This document shows positions 28,069 to 38,345 of a stretch of 64,000 nt of DNA, in pieces. Position numbers and translations under genes: made by a program. The notes beneath the pieces are model-generated. The model saw only the letters and a list, made by a program, of their open reading frames with translations. It was not told the DNA's origin and ran no database searches. The number at the start of each line of letters is the position of its first letter. The first letter of the stretch is position 1. Origin of the DNA: Patescibacteria group bacterium (GTDB lineage: Bacteria; Patescibacteriota; Patescibacteriia; Buchananbacterales; SURF-54); NCBI GenBank assembly GCA_018818885.1, contig JAHIRB010000021.1:12461-76460 (forward strand). The letters are read 5' to 3'.

Positions 28069-28461
28069 ATGGCTAATAGATTAAAAAAACAAATATTACT
28101 TACTTTAGTCTGTTGTTTGATAATCTTACCTGCAACAAGCATACTAGCTACCACTGTGGAAGAAAGCCTAATTAATTCTGGCAAAGAAGCTGGATTTTAT
28201 AAAGGTGAAGAAACCGCTAGTTTTTCTCAAGCTCTTATTGTTTACGCTAATGGTTTAGCAGGAATGCTAGGAGTATTATATTTAATTCTAATGATGTATG
28301 CCGGGTATGTTTGGATGAACTCAAGAGGTAATGAAGAAGAAGTTACTAAAGCAAGAAAAATAATAATTTGGTCTACAGTTGGCATAGGAACAATATTAAT
28401 GGCTCTTATTATTTCCGAATTTATTATATATAATTTCTACACGCAATCTAAAACTCCGTAA
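28069..28461 (+). CDS. VirB2/TrbC-like pilin
   Basis: YAGYVWMNSRGNEEEVTKARKII. Confidence 0.88.
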   Translation: MANRLKKQILLTLVCCLIILPATSILATTVEESLINSGKEAGFYKGEETASFSQALIVYANGLAGMLGVLYLILMMYAGYVWMNSRGNEEEVTKARKIIIWSTVGIGTILMALIISEFIIYNFYTQSKTP

Positions 28462-28474
28462 ATATCTTTAAAAA

Positions 28475-28888
28475 ATGACTATTCAAAGCAAGTTTATCAA
28501 AACCATTTTGTGTAGCTTACTAATCTTAGTTTGCTTAAATATACCTTTACATTATATTGCCGCTACAGATAGCATAGGTCAACGAATGGCAGATGAATCA
28601 CAAAAAGCAGCAAAAGCTGCAAAATTCGATGATACACCAGATTTTACAACTTCTGCACTTGGACTTATCAATATACTTTTAGGTTTTCTAGGTGTTTTCT
28701 TCATCATTTTAATAATATATGGCGGATACCTATGGATGGATGCGCGTGGCAGAGAAGAACAAATTGATAAAGGAAAAAAAATATTAATTGCTGCGTTTAT
28801 TGGCATTGTTATAATTATAAGTGCGAGAATCATATCTGAATATCTACTAATAGAAATATTTAATAAAGCTGCTCAAAAAATATCATGA
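28475..28888 (+). CDS. VirB2/TrbC-like pilin
   Basis: YGGYLWMDARGREEQIDKGKKIL. Confidence 0.88.
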   Translation: MTIQSKFIKTILCSLLILVCLNIPLHYIAATDSIGQRMADESQKAAKAAKFDDTPDFTTSALGLINILLGFLGVFFIILIIYGGYLWMDARGREEQIDKGKKILIAAFIGIVIIISARIISEYLLIEIFNKAAQKIS

Positions 28889-29331
28889 ATATAAATTACA
28901 ATAAAATTATTATTATACTTGTTGCCGGATTTTTATTTATGAATATATGCACACCAGTACTGGCAACAGAATGTGACGACCCATCTTTTACTATTGTTCA
29001 AAAAATGGCTTGTCAAAATAAAAAGTCGGACCTGCCTGGGTATCTTGATTCAGGTGGAGGCACAATCTCAACCAACTCCCCGGATGTAGTAGTTGGCAAA
29101 GTTATAGGATATATGCTAACTTTTTTGGGAGTATTGTTTTTAGTATTAATTATTTACGGTGGCTATCTTTGGATGACAGCCAGCGGTAATGACGACCAAA
29201 TCGGCAAGGCTAAAAAGATAATTATTGGCGCTTTTATTGGGTTTGTAATCATTATATTAGCAAATATTATTGTACAGTTCGCTACGCAAGTTATTGAACA
29301 AGGAGTTACCACGCCAGAAGCTACTGAATAA
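28885..29331 (+). CDS. VirB2/TrbC-like pilin
   Basis: YGGYLWMTASGNDDQIGKAKKII. Confidence 0.88.
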   Translation: MNINYNKIIIILVAGFLFMNICTPVLATECDDPSFTIVQKMACQNKKSDLPGYLDSGGGTISTNSPDVVVGKVIGYMLTFLGVLFLVLIIYGGYLWMTASGNDDQIGKAKKIIIGAFIGFVIIILANIIVQFATQVIEQGVTTPEATE

Positions 29332-29346
29332 AAATTCGTTTAATTT

Positions 29347-29754
29347 ATGATAAAAAATAAAAAAATAATAAATTTCATCTTCTTATTAGCGATCTTTTTA
29401 ATACTGGTCCAACCTCTTGCAGTGCAAGCTAGCATATTTGAAACAATAAGAAGCAAGACTGTTGGCTTTGGAGATTTACCTGACTATTCCGCAACTGAAA
29501 ACAGCCCGGAATTAATAGCAGGTAGAATAATCGGATATTTATTATCTTTCCTAGGAGTATTATTTATTATTTTAATTATTTATGGCGGCTTTATGTGGAT
29601 GACAGCCTCAGGCAATGACGAACAGGTAGAAAAAGCAAAAAAGATGATTAAAAGAGCAACGATTGGATTATTTATTGTGTTAGCTTCAGCTGCAATTGCA
29701 TGGAGCGTATTTTTGGCACTAAGTAAATCTAATATTTACTTGTTGCCTGAGTAG
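29347..29754 (+). CDS. VirB2/TrbC-like pilin
   Basis: YGGFMWMTASGNDEQVEKAKKMI. Confidence 0.88.
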   Translation: MIKNKKIINFIFLLAIFLILVQPLAVQASIFETIRSKTVGFGDLPDYSATENSPELIAGRIIGYLLSFLGVLFIILIIYGGFMWMTASGNDEQVEKAKKMIKRATIGLFIVLASAAIAWSVFLALSKSNIYLLPE

Positions 29755-29777
29755 ATATTACTACAATAAAATTTATT

Positions 29778-30164
29778 ATGAATAAATATTATAAAACACT
29801 AAGTTATATAGTTCCCAACTTTGCCATATTATTATTTTGTAAAACAGCAAAAGCAACGGAGATGTATGAAAGAGTCAACAAATTTAACGTTGCGGCAGGA
29901 CTAACTGCAACTCCGGCAAGTGTTGTAATAACTTCAATTATCAGTTATTTATTATCGTTTGTTGGTGTTCTATTCATAATATTAATTATCTATGGTGGCT
30001 ACATGTGGATGACAGCGCGCGGTAACGACGAACAGGTTGAAAAAGCAAAAAAATTAATAATTAGAGCCACTATTGGTATATTAATTGTTTTATCTGCATA
30101 CGTAATTACTTATTTTGTATTAAAAGTAGTGCTTGGATCCACGGGTATTGCCACATCATCATAA
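29778..30164 (+). CDS. VirB2/TrbC-like pilin
   Basis: YGGYMWMTARGNDEQVEKAKKLI. Confidence 0.88.
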   Translation: MNKYYKTLSYIVPNFAILLFCKTAKATEMYERVNKFNVAAGLTATPASVVITSIISYLLSFVGVLFIILIIYGGYMWMTARGNDEQVEKAKKLIIRATIGILIVLSAYVITYFVLKVVLGSTGIATSS

Positions 30165-30166
30165 AT

Positions 30167-30604
30167 ATGAAACTTCCAACCAAATTACTAAACTTATTTA
30201 TACTAAGCATAGTCATAATACAATTATTTACTTTTTTTGTAGTTAGACCTGTAGCACACGCTGGTTTGTGGGAAGACATCAGAGGCGAACTTGAACCAAT
30301 TGGGACAGCTTATGGTGTTACCGGTGCTCCTAATGATCCTCGGGATATCGCTATGACCGTTGTTAATTTCGCCTTGGGCTTTTTCTCTGTCATATTTCTA
30401 ATTTTGATTATCTATGCAGGCTACTTATGGATGACAGCAAGAGGCAACGACGATCAAATTGAAAAAGCAAAAAAAATAATTACTAGAACAGTCATTGGCG
30501 CAGCTATTGTGTTGGCTGCTTGGATGATTACTCTTTTTGTTATATCAACACTCCTAAGTGCTACAAACGAAAATCTTTTCCGTGATCGCTGGCGTTGGTT
30601 TTAA
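30167..30604 (+). CDS. VirB2/TrbC-like pilin
   Basis: YAGYLWMTARGNDDQIEKAKKII. Confidence 0.88.
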   Translation: MKLPTKLLNLFILSIVIIQLFTFFVVRPVAHAGLWEDIRGELEPIGTAYGVTGAPNDPRDIAMTVVNFALGFFSVIFLILIIYAGYLWMTARGNDDQIEKAKKIITRTVIGAAIVLAAWMITLFVISTLLSATNENLFRDRWRWF

Positions 30605-30848
30605 AAAACTTACCATAGAAAGTAAGCATTATGCGCCAGTTTTTTGATTGCTTAAAACTAATCATATTTTATACTTCAAATGAGTTCTATAATTATAGGT
30701 CAAGTTTCCATACTTGACCTGTTTTAGGTATAATTAAGTTATACCCAGTAGTGTATCCTGCAAAAATTAAATTAACACTATTGGGTTCGTAATTATGCAT
30801 TGAATATAAAAAATAAAACAAGTCCAATCTACGGGACTACTACTGGTT

Positions 30849-32765
30849 ATGCAAAAAATTAATGAATTTTTAGAAAAAAAGACTGTACTAATTCTTGTTA
30901 TAGCTATAATTTTATATGTAATGCTTTTTAGTTTAATTTGCCTTTGGAAATACACCAATTATTCTTATGACCTTCTAGATTTATCAATAATCAACCAGGT
31001 TTTTTTTAATTCTGCAAGTGGTGATTTTTTTGCTTCAAGCATCCATCCCCCCTCTTATTTGGGTGACCATTTTACGCCGATTTTGATTCTACTCTTACCT
31101 TTTTATTTTCTCTTTAAATCCCCCCTTACATTATTGTTTTTACAGACAATAATACTTGCTCTCTGCGCGTGGCCTATTTATTTGATTGCAAACAAAATTT
31201 TAAATAGACGTTGGGGATTATTTTTTGCCTTGATGTTTTTAGTTAATCCTTTAATTGCCAATGTTAATCTATTTGAATTTCACTTTATCCCTTTTGCTAT
31301 ATTCACTTTACTATGGGCAATATATTTTTATCTTAAAGAAGACTTTTGGAAATTTCTTCTGTTTATTTTTTTGAGTTTATTAATTCGCGAAGATGTTTCT
31401 TTAGTAATTTTTATGTTTGGTATTTTAGCATTGTTTGATAGAAAAAAAAATAAATGGGTGCTAACACCAATATTTCTTTCCATACTTTACTTTATAATAT
31501 CTGTAAAAATCACAAGTATTTTTTGGCCGGGTGGAAATTATAAGTTTATGATCTATTATTCTTGGCTTGGAGAAAACTGGCCAGAGCTTATTAAGAATTC
31601 AATTTTAAAAATTGATAAAGTTTTTTTGCACTTCTTCAAGCTCGGTAATATCGAAATGATATTAGGTTTACTGTTACCTTTTGCTCTACTGCCTTTACTT
31701 GCACCTAAATTTTTGATTTTAACTTTACTTATTTTTGTCCAGTTTGTTTTAGGTGAAGCAGGTGGCAGTGCACTTATTGTAAAAACTCATTATTCATCTT
31801 TGTTTATCCCAGCATTATTTACTGCCACGATCATAGCCCTTAAAAAATTTCAAAATAAAAAAATTCAGTTTATTTTTTTTAAATTTCTTCAAAAAGAAAA
31901 AACACTGGCAATTCTCATATTTGTGGTTGCAATTATTTACACTTCAATAGCGCTTGGTCCTTCAATTGGAATTATAAAAACTATAAAAAACACTAAAACT
32001 ATAAAAAACAATACTGACATCAAAAATAAAATGATTGAGCAAATTGATCCTAACGATAGCGTTGTTTCTTCTTATGGTGCATTGACTCCTCTGTCTTCAA
32101 GAAAAAATGTCTATTCCTTACACTATATCTATATGGGCTACCAGCAGTTTAGTAGGAATAAATACGTATTGATAGACCCTGTTGATGCAATGTTAATTGA
32201 TTATCAAGATCTATTTACCTATTATCTTCAATATTATGACAAGTTAGAAGAAGACGAGGAGCTTAATCCTAATAATCTTAATGAACTAATCAAAAATAAT
32301 AATTTAGGACTTGTTGAAATAACCAATGGCATTGCATTATACAAAAAAAATGTAGCAACTGATTATGCACTCTACCAAATACATAATCAAATCCCAAGTA
32401 TAGACTTTCAGCAATCATTGAATTTGGATGATCAAATGATGTTTTTGGGATACAGTCTCTTACCCAACAACGGGGTTGCGACATACTGGCAAAAAATTGG
32501 CGATTCTGATAATTATTTCATAAGGACCAATTCAGACGATATTTTTCTACTTGCATACGGATTGTATCCATTAAAGAATTGGGGAGTAAACGAAATTGTT
32601 CAAATGAACTTTTGGTTTGACCATACAAAAAATAACTCCCAAGTTAGCTTGGAAGTTATCGAAGTTGAAGGTGGTGTAATTCTAAGTGGAATCAGAAGCA
32701 CTCAAAATGCTATCAAAACAAAAACTATTGGGGAATCGATTCAAATTCAGTTACCGACAAACTGA
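30849..32765 (+). CDS. DUF2079-like GT-C membrane protein
   Basis: DLSIINQ, GDHFTP, FEFH, LIREDV motifs plus extracellular C-terminus. Confidence 0.8.
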   Translation: MQKINEFLEKKTVLILVIAIILYVMLFSLICLWKYTNYSYDLLDLSIINQVFFNSASGDFFASSIHPPSYLGDHFTPILILLLPFYFLFKSPLTLLFLQTIILALCAWPIYLIANKILNRRWGLFFALMFLVNPLIANVNLFEFHFIPFAIFTLLWAIYFYLKEDFWKFLLFIFLSLLIREDVSLVIFMFGILALFDRKKNKWVLTPIFLSILYFIISVKITSIFWPGGNYKFMIYYSWLGENWPELIKNSILKIDKVFLHFFKLGNIEMILGLLLPFALLPLLAPKFLILTLLIFVQFVLGEAGGSALIVKTHYSSLFIPALFTATIIALKKFQNKKIQFIFFKFLQKEKTLAILIFVVAIIYTSIALGPSIGIIKTIKNTKTIKNNTDIKNKMIEQIDPNDSVVSSYGALTPLSSRKNVYSLHYIYMGYQQFSRNKYVLIDPVDAMLIDYQDLFTYYLQYYDKLEEDEELNPNNLNELIKNNNLGLVEITNGIALYKKNVATDYALYQIHNQIPSIDFQQSLNLDDQMMFLGYSLLPNNGVATYWQKIGDSDNYFIRTNSDDIFLLAYGLYPLKNWGVNEIVQMNFWFDHTKNNSQVSLEVIEVEGGVILSGIRSTQNAIKTKTIGESIQIQLPTN

Positions 32766-34333
32766 TAAATAGAGATATTTTCTTGATTATAAATTTCTTT
32801 AAGGCGACATTGTCCAATGTCGTTTTCTTTTTTATTAAAAATTACGTAATTAATTTTATTACGTTCTAAAAAACTATCTTTTTGTTCGCAACTAACTTTG
32901 GATAAATAAAACCATTGGTTAAGTATCTTTTTATTGTTTTTAAAATACAAGGTTTCAATTTCGTGTGCTGCATATACTTTTTGGTCCGCATATGCTGGTA
33001 TAAACAAACTATCAAACAACGGTGCTAATACCACTCCTTTGTCTGGTATATATTGATCTAACCATCGCCAGGCCTCAACTTTTTCATCAGGTAAATAAAA
33101 ATTGGAATTACCATTGCTAAAATAATAAATATCTTTTGCTATAACAAACAAATTAGTTGGTGCAATCAATAATAAAAACAAAACCACTGCTAATAATTTA
33201 TTGTTTAATTTTTTATACAGTAAATAAAGAGGGGTGCATGCAAGTACTGCTAAAGGAAAAATTAAGCTCTGCAAAAAACGACTTTGGAATTGTGTCGGTA
33301 TTACTACTAGTAATAAAATTGCCGCCAGCCAGGCTACAAGAAATAATTTTTTTTCATCATATTTATTAGACTTAATTAGCTTGTAAATGGTAAAACCAGA
33401 AAATAACCACAGGAGTCCATACCCTAAAATAATGATCCACAAAGAATCCAAGACAACAATATTTTGAGTTGCTCTAGTATATAATACAGGCACTGTTTTG
33501 ATCAACCAGATATGATAAAAAATCGAAGGAAGCGAAATCACAAAAATTATTGCTACGTGACTAACTTTTTGCCACCCAATTTTCTTGTTCTGTATAAATA
33601 ATGCTAATAGATACAATGATAATATTAAAAAAATGGTTAAAAAATAAAATGGATGAAAATTAAAATAAATCAAAGCCAATATTCCTGCAATAATTGAATA
33701 CCTAAATTTATTATGGTCAAAAGATAACAAAATCAATAAGATAATCAAAAACATCATAATGTACGACATGATAAAATGCGGGCTTTGATACATTGTTAAA
33801 AACAAATTCGATTCTGCAACCCACAAATCTGTAGAATGAAAATAATACTGACTGATTTCTGCTAAAGGTGCAAAATAAAAACCTAAGCCTGATGACAAAG
33901 CTAATATTATAAGTGTAAATTTTCTTTGATTAGTTTCTTTAAAAAAGTAAGCGATTAACAAATAACTAACAACTATCAGTGCTGGTATCAACAAAATTCT
34001 AAACACATGAAATGCTAGAGCAGGCGTAAAAATAAAAATTTTTGCAAATAGACCGACTATCAACCAACTGATATTGAAAAAACCAATTTCTTGGTTTTCT
34101 GATGTAAAATAATCTTCAAATAGATAATCACCTGTCTTGACTTGGTTTATATAGGAAAAATAAATTGGCGGGTCGCCTGGAGATAAAGAATGTAGACCAT
34201 TATAAACGGTACCTGGAGGCACATTAAAGTAAGCAAAAATATAAGGAAAAGTTACAATCACAACCACGGCCAAACTAAAAAATAAGACATAAGCCCATTC
34301 TCGTTTTGAAATTGTTGCCAATAATTCCTTCAT
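32747..34333 (-). CDS. polytopic membrane protein, putative GT-C
   Basis: DPPIYFSYINQ, DLWVAES, SPHF, FHPF; paralog of 34330-35976. Confidence 0.75.
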   Translation of the reverse strand: MKELLATISKREWAYVLFFSLAVVVIVTFPYIFAYFNVPPGTVYNGLHSLSPGDPPIYFSYINQVKTGDYLFEDYFTSENQEIGFFNISWLIVGLFAKIFIFTPALAFHVFRILLIPALIVVSYLLIAYFFKETNQRKFTLIILALSSGLGFYFAPLAEISQYYFHSTDLWVAESNLFLTMYQSPHFIMSYIMMFLIILLILLSFDHNKFRYSIIAGILALIYFNFHPFYFLTIFLILSLYLLALFIQNKKIGWQKVSHVAIIFVISLPSIFYHIWLIKTVPVLYTRATQNIVVLDSLWIIILGYGLLWLFSGFTIYKLIKSNKYDEKKLFLVAWLAAILLLVVIPTQFQSRFLQSLIFPLAVLACTPLYLLYKKLNNKLLAVVLFLLLIAPTNLFVIAKDIYYFSNGNSNFYLPDEKVEAWRWLDQYIPDKGVVLAPLFDSLFIPAYADQKVYAAHEIETLYFKNNKKILNQWFYLSKVSCEQKDSFLERNKINYVIFNKKENDIGQCRLKEIYNQENISIYQFVGN

Positions 34334-35976
34334 AAAACTTGATAAACAAAATAATCATCATTGCTATATATCTCAAAAAGATATTTCTTACTTACTGGAT
34401 TATAATCACCCAACCTTTTTTCTCTAAAAGAATAATAAACATAATCAATATTTCTTAGATTTAAAAAATCTTTTTCTAAAACATCATCTCGATTCTTACT
34501 ATAAAACCAATTGGCTTCATTTTCTTTTATATATGAATTAATAGTTTCCACAGTATGCCCATTATATACACGACGAGTTGAAAAACCTGGGATTAAATTA
34601 CCACTTGTTTTCCCAGAAAATATTATTTCATCATCTTTTGTGTTTGTTTTAAGCCACTGAAAAACTTTTAACTCACTATTATCAATATAATAAATGTCGT
34701 CTCCTCTGTTAAATAACATGATGTCGGTTGCTATATGAACTAAGGGTGTTGAAAAAAACATAATTATTAATACAAAAATTATGAAAACTGGGTTATTTAA
34801 CCAACGATATTTATTTTTTATGCTTGTATAAACCAATACCAATAAATAAACAGTAAGTAGCGACATGGGAAATGTCATACCCTGAACCATTCTACGCTGG
34901 AATACAAATGGCAAGTAAATAATAATTAACTGGGCATACAGCCATATGACTAACAAACTTAATTTATTATCCTTTAATTTTTTACTATATAATAAATAAA
35001 TTGAACCAATAATTGGAAGCAACAATAAGAACCCATAACCGATTAATAATAAGAAGGGGGTGCTGGTAGGACAGGTATTTTGTAAATATTTAATTTGACC
35101 ATTTAAATTAATATTCACAAACCAATTATAATAGATTATGATTGGCGACGAAATTGCTACAAAAATAATATAATTAAAATATTTTTTCCATACTATCCTT
35201 TTTTCTTTTATCGACTGAAAAGTAAAAATAACAAAAATGATTGGAAATAATGAAAAAATATGAAATGGGTGAAAAGAAAACAAAAGTAATGCCAATATTC
35301 CTGCGATTATCGCATAGCTTCTCTTGTTATTTTCAAGGCATAAAAACATCAACAAAAATATCAATAATATCAACGCTATTGCTGCGATATGATGAGGGCT
35401 ATAATACGTCATTAAAAAAACAAAACTTTCAATAATCCACAGATCAGCTGGCCAAATATATTTACCATCAACTAATATATTTGCCAATTTATCAATAAAA
35501 AATAACATATAATAAAAACCCCAACCCGAGGCAAAAGTAAAAAAGATCAAACTTAATTTTCTTAATCTTTTATCATCAAAGAAATAACTTATTAATAGAT
35601 AGCTTATAATTAATAAAATTGGAATAAAACAAATTCTTGATATTTGGAAAGAAGCCTGTGGGGAAATATTGAATAGTCTAGATATTGTCCCAGGAAATAA
35701 CCAAATAATATTTAATATATCGTGATCATGGGTTTCTGATGAAAATAAATTAGTAAATAATAAATTACCTTCACTCGCCTGCGAAATATACGAGTAATAA
35801 ACCGGTTGATCTGTGGACATTAATAAATGAAAGCCAGTACTTACCTTTCCTTCTGGCGCCTTTAACCAACCATAAACATAAGGTAGAGTGGTAACAATGA
35901 TTGTTAAAATAATAATAGCAAAAACAAACTTCCACTCTTTTTTGTTAATAGAGCTTGTTAGTTGAGTAAAATTCAT
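34330..35976 (-). CDS. polytopic membrane protein, putative GT-C
   Basis: DQPVYYSYISQ, DLWIIES, SPHH, FHPF, GHTVET. Confidence 0.75.
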   Translation of the reverse strand: MNFTQLTSSINKKEWKFVFAIIILTIIVTTLPYVYGWLKAPEGKVSTGFHLLMSTDQPVYYSYISQASEGNLLFTNLFSSETHDHDILNIIWLFPGTISRLFNISPQASFQISRICFIPILLIISYLLISYFFDDKRLRKLSLIFFTFASGWGFYYMLFFIDKLANILVDGKYIWPADLWIIESFVFLMTYYSPHHIAAIALILLIFLLMFLCLENNKRSYAIIAGILALLLFSFHPFHIFSLFPIIFVIFTFQSIKEKRIVWKKYFNYIIFVAISSPIIIYYNWFVNINLNGQIKYLQNTCPTSTPFLLLIGYGFLLLLPIIGSIYLLYSKKLKDNKLSLLVIWLYAQLIIIYLPFVFQRRMVQGMTFPMSLLTVYLLVLVYTSIKNKYRWLNNPVFIIFVLIIMFFSTPLVHIATDIMLFNRGDDIYYIDNSELKVFQWLKTNTKDDEIIFSGKTSGNLIPGFSTRRVYNGHTVETINSYIKENEANWFYSKNRDDVLEKDFLNLRNIDYVYYSFREKRLGDYNPVSKKYLFEIYSNDDYFVYQVL

Positions 35977-36686
35977 TTTTTAAATCTTAAAAAAAGTACC
36001 TTTAAAAAACTTTCGATGATGATTTTGAATTCAAATTTTGATGTACCAATTTGTCGTTCAGTAAAAGTAATTGGCAGCTCTTTTATTTTGAATCCTTTTT
36101 GATAAGCACGATAAGTTGTTTCGATTTGAAAGTTGTATCCAACAGAAGAAAGTTCATTAATATCTATGGATTCTAATACTTGACGTTTATAACATTTAAA
36201 TCCGCCAGTTAAATCTTTGATAGGTAAAAATAAAATTACCTGAGCGTATATATTTCCAAACCTACTTATTAATCTCCTCATTAAATTCCAATTTATTATC
36301 TTACCACCTCTGGTATATCTTGAACCTAGAACCAAGTCACATGATTTTATTTTTTCTAAAAATTGTGGTATATACTCTGGTTTATGCGAAAAATCTGCAT
36401 CCATTTCAAAAATTAAATCAGCGCCTGCCTTTAATGCATGCTTAAACCCAGCAACGTAAGCTGTTCCTAGCCCCATTTTGCCTTGACGATGGAGAATGTG
36501 TAAATTTGAATATTTTGATTTTAGGTCGTCGACCAATTGGCCCGTTCCGTCTGGAGAATTGTCATCAACTACTAAAATATTTAAATTATCAATGTGTAGA
36601 TTAAAAATTTCATCGATGATTGTACCGATATTATTTTTCTCGTTGTATGTAGGAATGATTATGTATATTTTATTTTGATTCTCCAT
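35973..36686 (-). CDS. polyprenol monophosphomannose synthase (Ppm1/Dpm1-like GT2)
   Basis: IIPTYNEKNNI, VDDNSPDGTG, GLGTAY, EMDADFSH, DLTGGF. Confidence 0.93.
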   Translation of the reverse strand: MENQNKIYIIIPTYNEKNNIGTIIDEIFNLHIDNLNILVVDDNSPDGTGQLVDDLKSKYSNLHILHRQGKMGLGTAYVAGFKHALKAGADLIFEMDADFSHKPEYIPQFLEKIKSCDLVLGSRYTRGGKIINWNLMRRLISRFGNIYAQVILFLPIKDLTGGFKCYKRQVLESIDINELSSVGYNFQIETTYRAYQKGFKIKELPITFTERQIGTSKFEFKIIIESFLKVLFLRFKK

Positions 36687-36687
36687 A

Positions 36688-38316
36688 TTATTCTTTTAGT
36701 ATCTTGAAAATTAAATACGTGTCAGTACACCCTTCATGTGCCTTTACTAGTAACTGCCAATTTTTTGGTACATTCTTGATTTGCCATAGTTTATCTATCG
36801 CATCAAAACCAATATAATTATTCAATATATCTTCTCTCCTTTCAAAAACCATAGAATTTATAAATATATAACTTATACCATTCTCAGCTATAAAATCTTC
36901 AAATTCATCTAATTTAATATTATATTCAATATCTTTAACTTCAATTTGATTTGACCAAAATTCACCTCTTGGAATAAACCAATTTCCGGTTGTTAATAAC
37001 TTGACAGGATAAGCCTCCTTATAATTACTTAATACTAATTCTTTGATGGTTTCTTGTTGTTTTAAATTTACTTTAATAATGCCTTGGTAATCAAGCGTAA
37101 GCAACATTTTAATATTGAATAATAACAAAAGCACTATCATTGTGACAGAAAAAATATAAAAAAATTTCTTTTTTAATTTTACATTGATTTTTATAAAATG
37201 CTTTATTGTTATCAAAAATATTTCTACCAACAAAAAAATTAGTATAGGCATTACTGGATAAATGAATCTTTGATTTTGAGAACCTCTCATCATGTATATA
37301 TACCAACTAATAATAATAAAATAACTACTAATAAAAACTAGAGATATAAGCCAAGTTTCTCTATTAATTAATATATGGTGTGTGTGATACTTTTTTTTGT
37401 CACGCTTATAATCAAGTGCCAGCAGTATAACCGCTATAATGATAAACATGACAAAGAGTATATTGAAAGGTGTGTAAAAAACTCCAACAATAATTCTTTC
37501 AAAAATATCGTATAAAGTATGACTAGATAAATACCTCCACAAACTACCTTGCAAGATAAAACCTGGTTGGTAAATGTCATCCCATCTATCAATCCACATA
37601 AAGTGTGCGGAATTCTTATTATAAAATGGATTTCCATATACTAACATATTTGCTATCAATAAGGGAAAGTTGATAACAAGTAGTGGTAACAACAAAATCA
37701 ACAAATCTTTAGATTTAGAAACAATTTGCTTCCGATAATATACAAAAAAAATAATAATTGAAACAAAAAGCAAAAGCAAACCTGATGCTTTGGTAAAAAA
37801 AGCAAGCCCAATAAAAATTCCCGCCGATAAAAAATATTTAGTTTCGTTTGTCTCCAAGGCTTTTATTAAATAATGCCACCACAGAAAAAACCATAAAACT
37901 AATAGCACTTCACATAATACTTGGACGGATAACTCTCCAATAATAGGTATCAAAAATACTGATCCTAATGAGGCGACAATATAACCAAATCTTTTCAAGG
38001 CGACTAGATATATAATAATAAAAGAAATTATACCCAGTGATAAAACTAACATTTTTGCTTTAAACAAATAAGTACTCAAGTCATGAGATAGTGGTGCTAA
38101 AAGTATAGGTAGTAATGGGTGTTGATTTCCCAAATACCAGTCGCCGTTACTGATCTTAAATCCTAAATCCAAAAATGCAAATTGGTCAACGTTTTCATTA
38201 AAGTATTCTGTATTTATTATTATATTTAATGTATACAGAGCAAGCAACAATACTAAAAAAAATAATGTTATATACTTTCTAAAACAAATTATTCTCTTTT
38301 TATTCAATTGCATCAT
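36688..38316 (-). CDS. ArnT/PMT_2-like GT-C glycosyltransferase
   Basis: VDQ, QHPL, LCEVL, GLAFFTKASG, RFIYP. Confidence 0.8.
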   Translation of the reverse strand: MMQLNKKRIICFRKYITLFFLVLLLALYTLNIIINTEYFNENVDQFAFLDLGFKISNGDWYLGNQHPLLPILLAPLSHDLSTYLFKAKMLVLSLGIISFIIIYLVALKRFGYIVASLGSVFLIPIIGELSVQVLCEVLLVLWFFLWWHYLIKALETNETKYFLSAGIFIGLAFFTKASGLLLLFVSIIIFFVYYRKQIVSKSKDLLILLLPLLVINFPLLIANMLVYGNPFYNKNSAHFMWIDRWDDIYQPGFILQGSLWRYLSSHTLYDIFERIIVGVFYTPFNILFVMFIIIAVILLALDYKRDKKKYHTHHILINRETWLISLVFISSYFIIISWYIYMMRGSQNQRFIYPVMPILIFLLVEIFLITIKHFIKINVKLKKKFFYIFSVTMIVLLLLFNIKMLLTLDYQGIIKVNLKQQETIKELVLSNYKEAYPVKLLTTGNWFIPRGEFWSNQIEVKDIEYNIKLDEFEDFIAENGISYIFINSMVFERREDILNNYIGFDAIDKLWQIKNVPKNWQLLVKAHEGCTDTYLIFKILKE

Positions 38317-38345
38317 GAGATTGATTGCTTTTGCTAAGTAGTTAA

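Noticed and set aside
25873-30604. DGR targets or conjugative element
   Set aside because: No reverse transcriptase, no adenine-specific TR/VR pair, no relaxase or VirB4; flanks are chromosomal genes
31974-32012. short tandem duplication (IKTIKNTKTIKNN)
   Set aside because: Two low-complexity A-rich units, in frame; likely simple slippage
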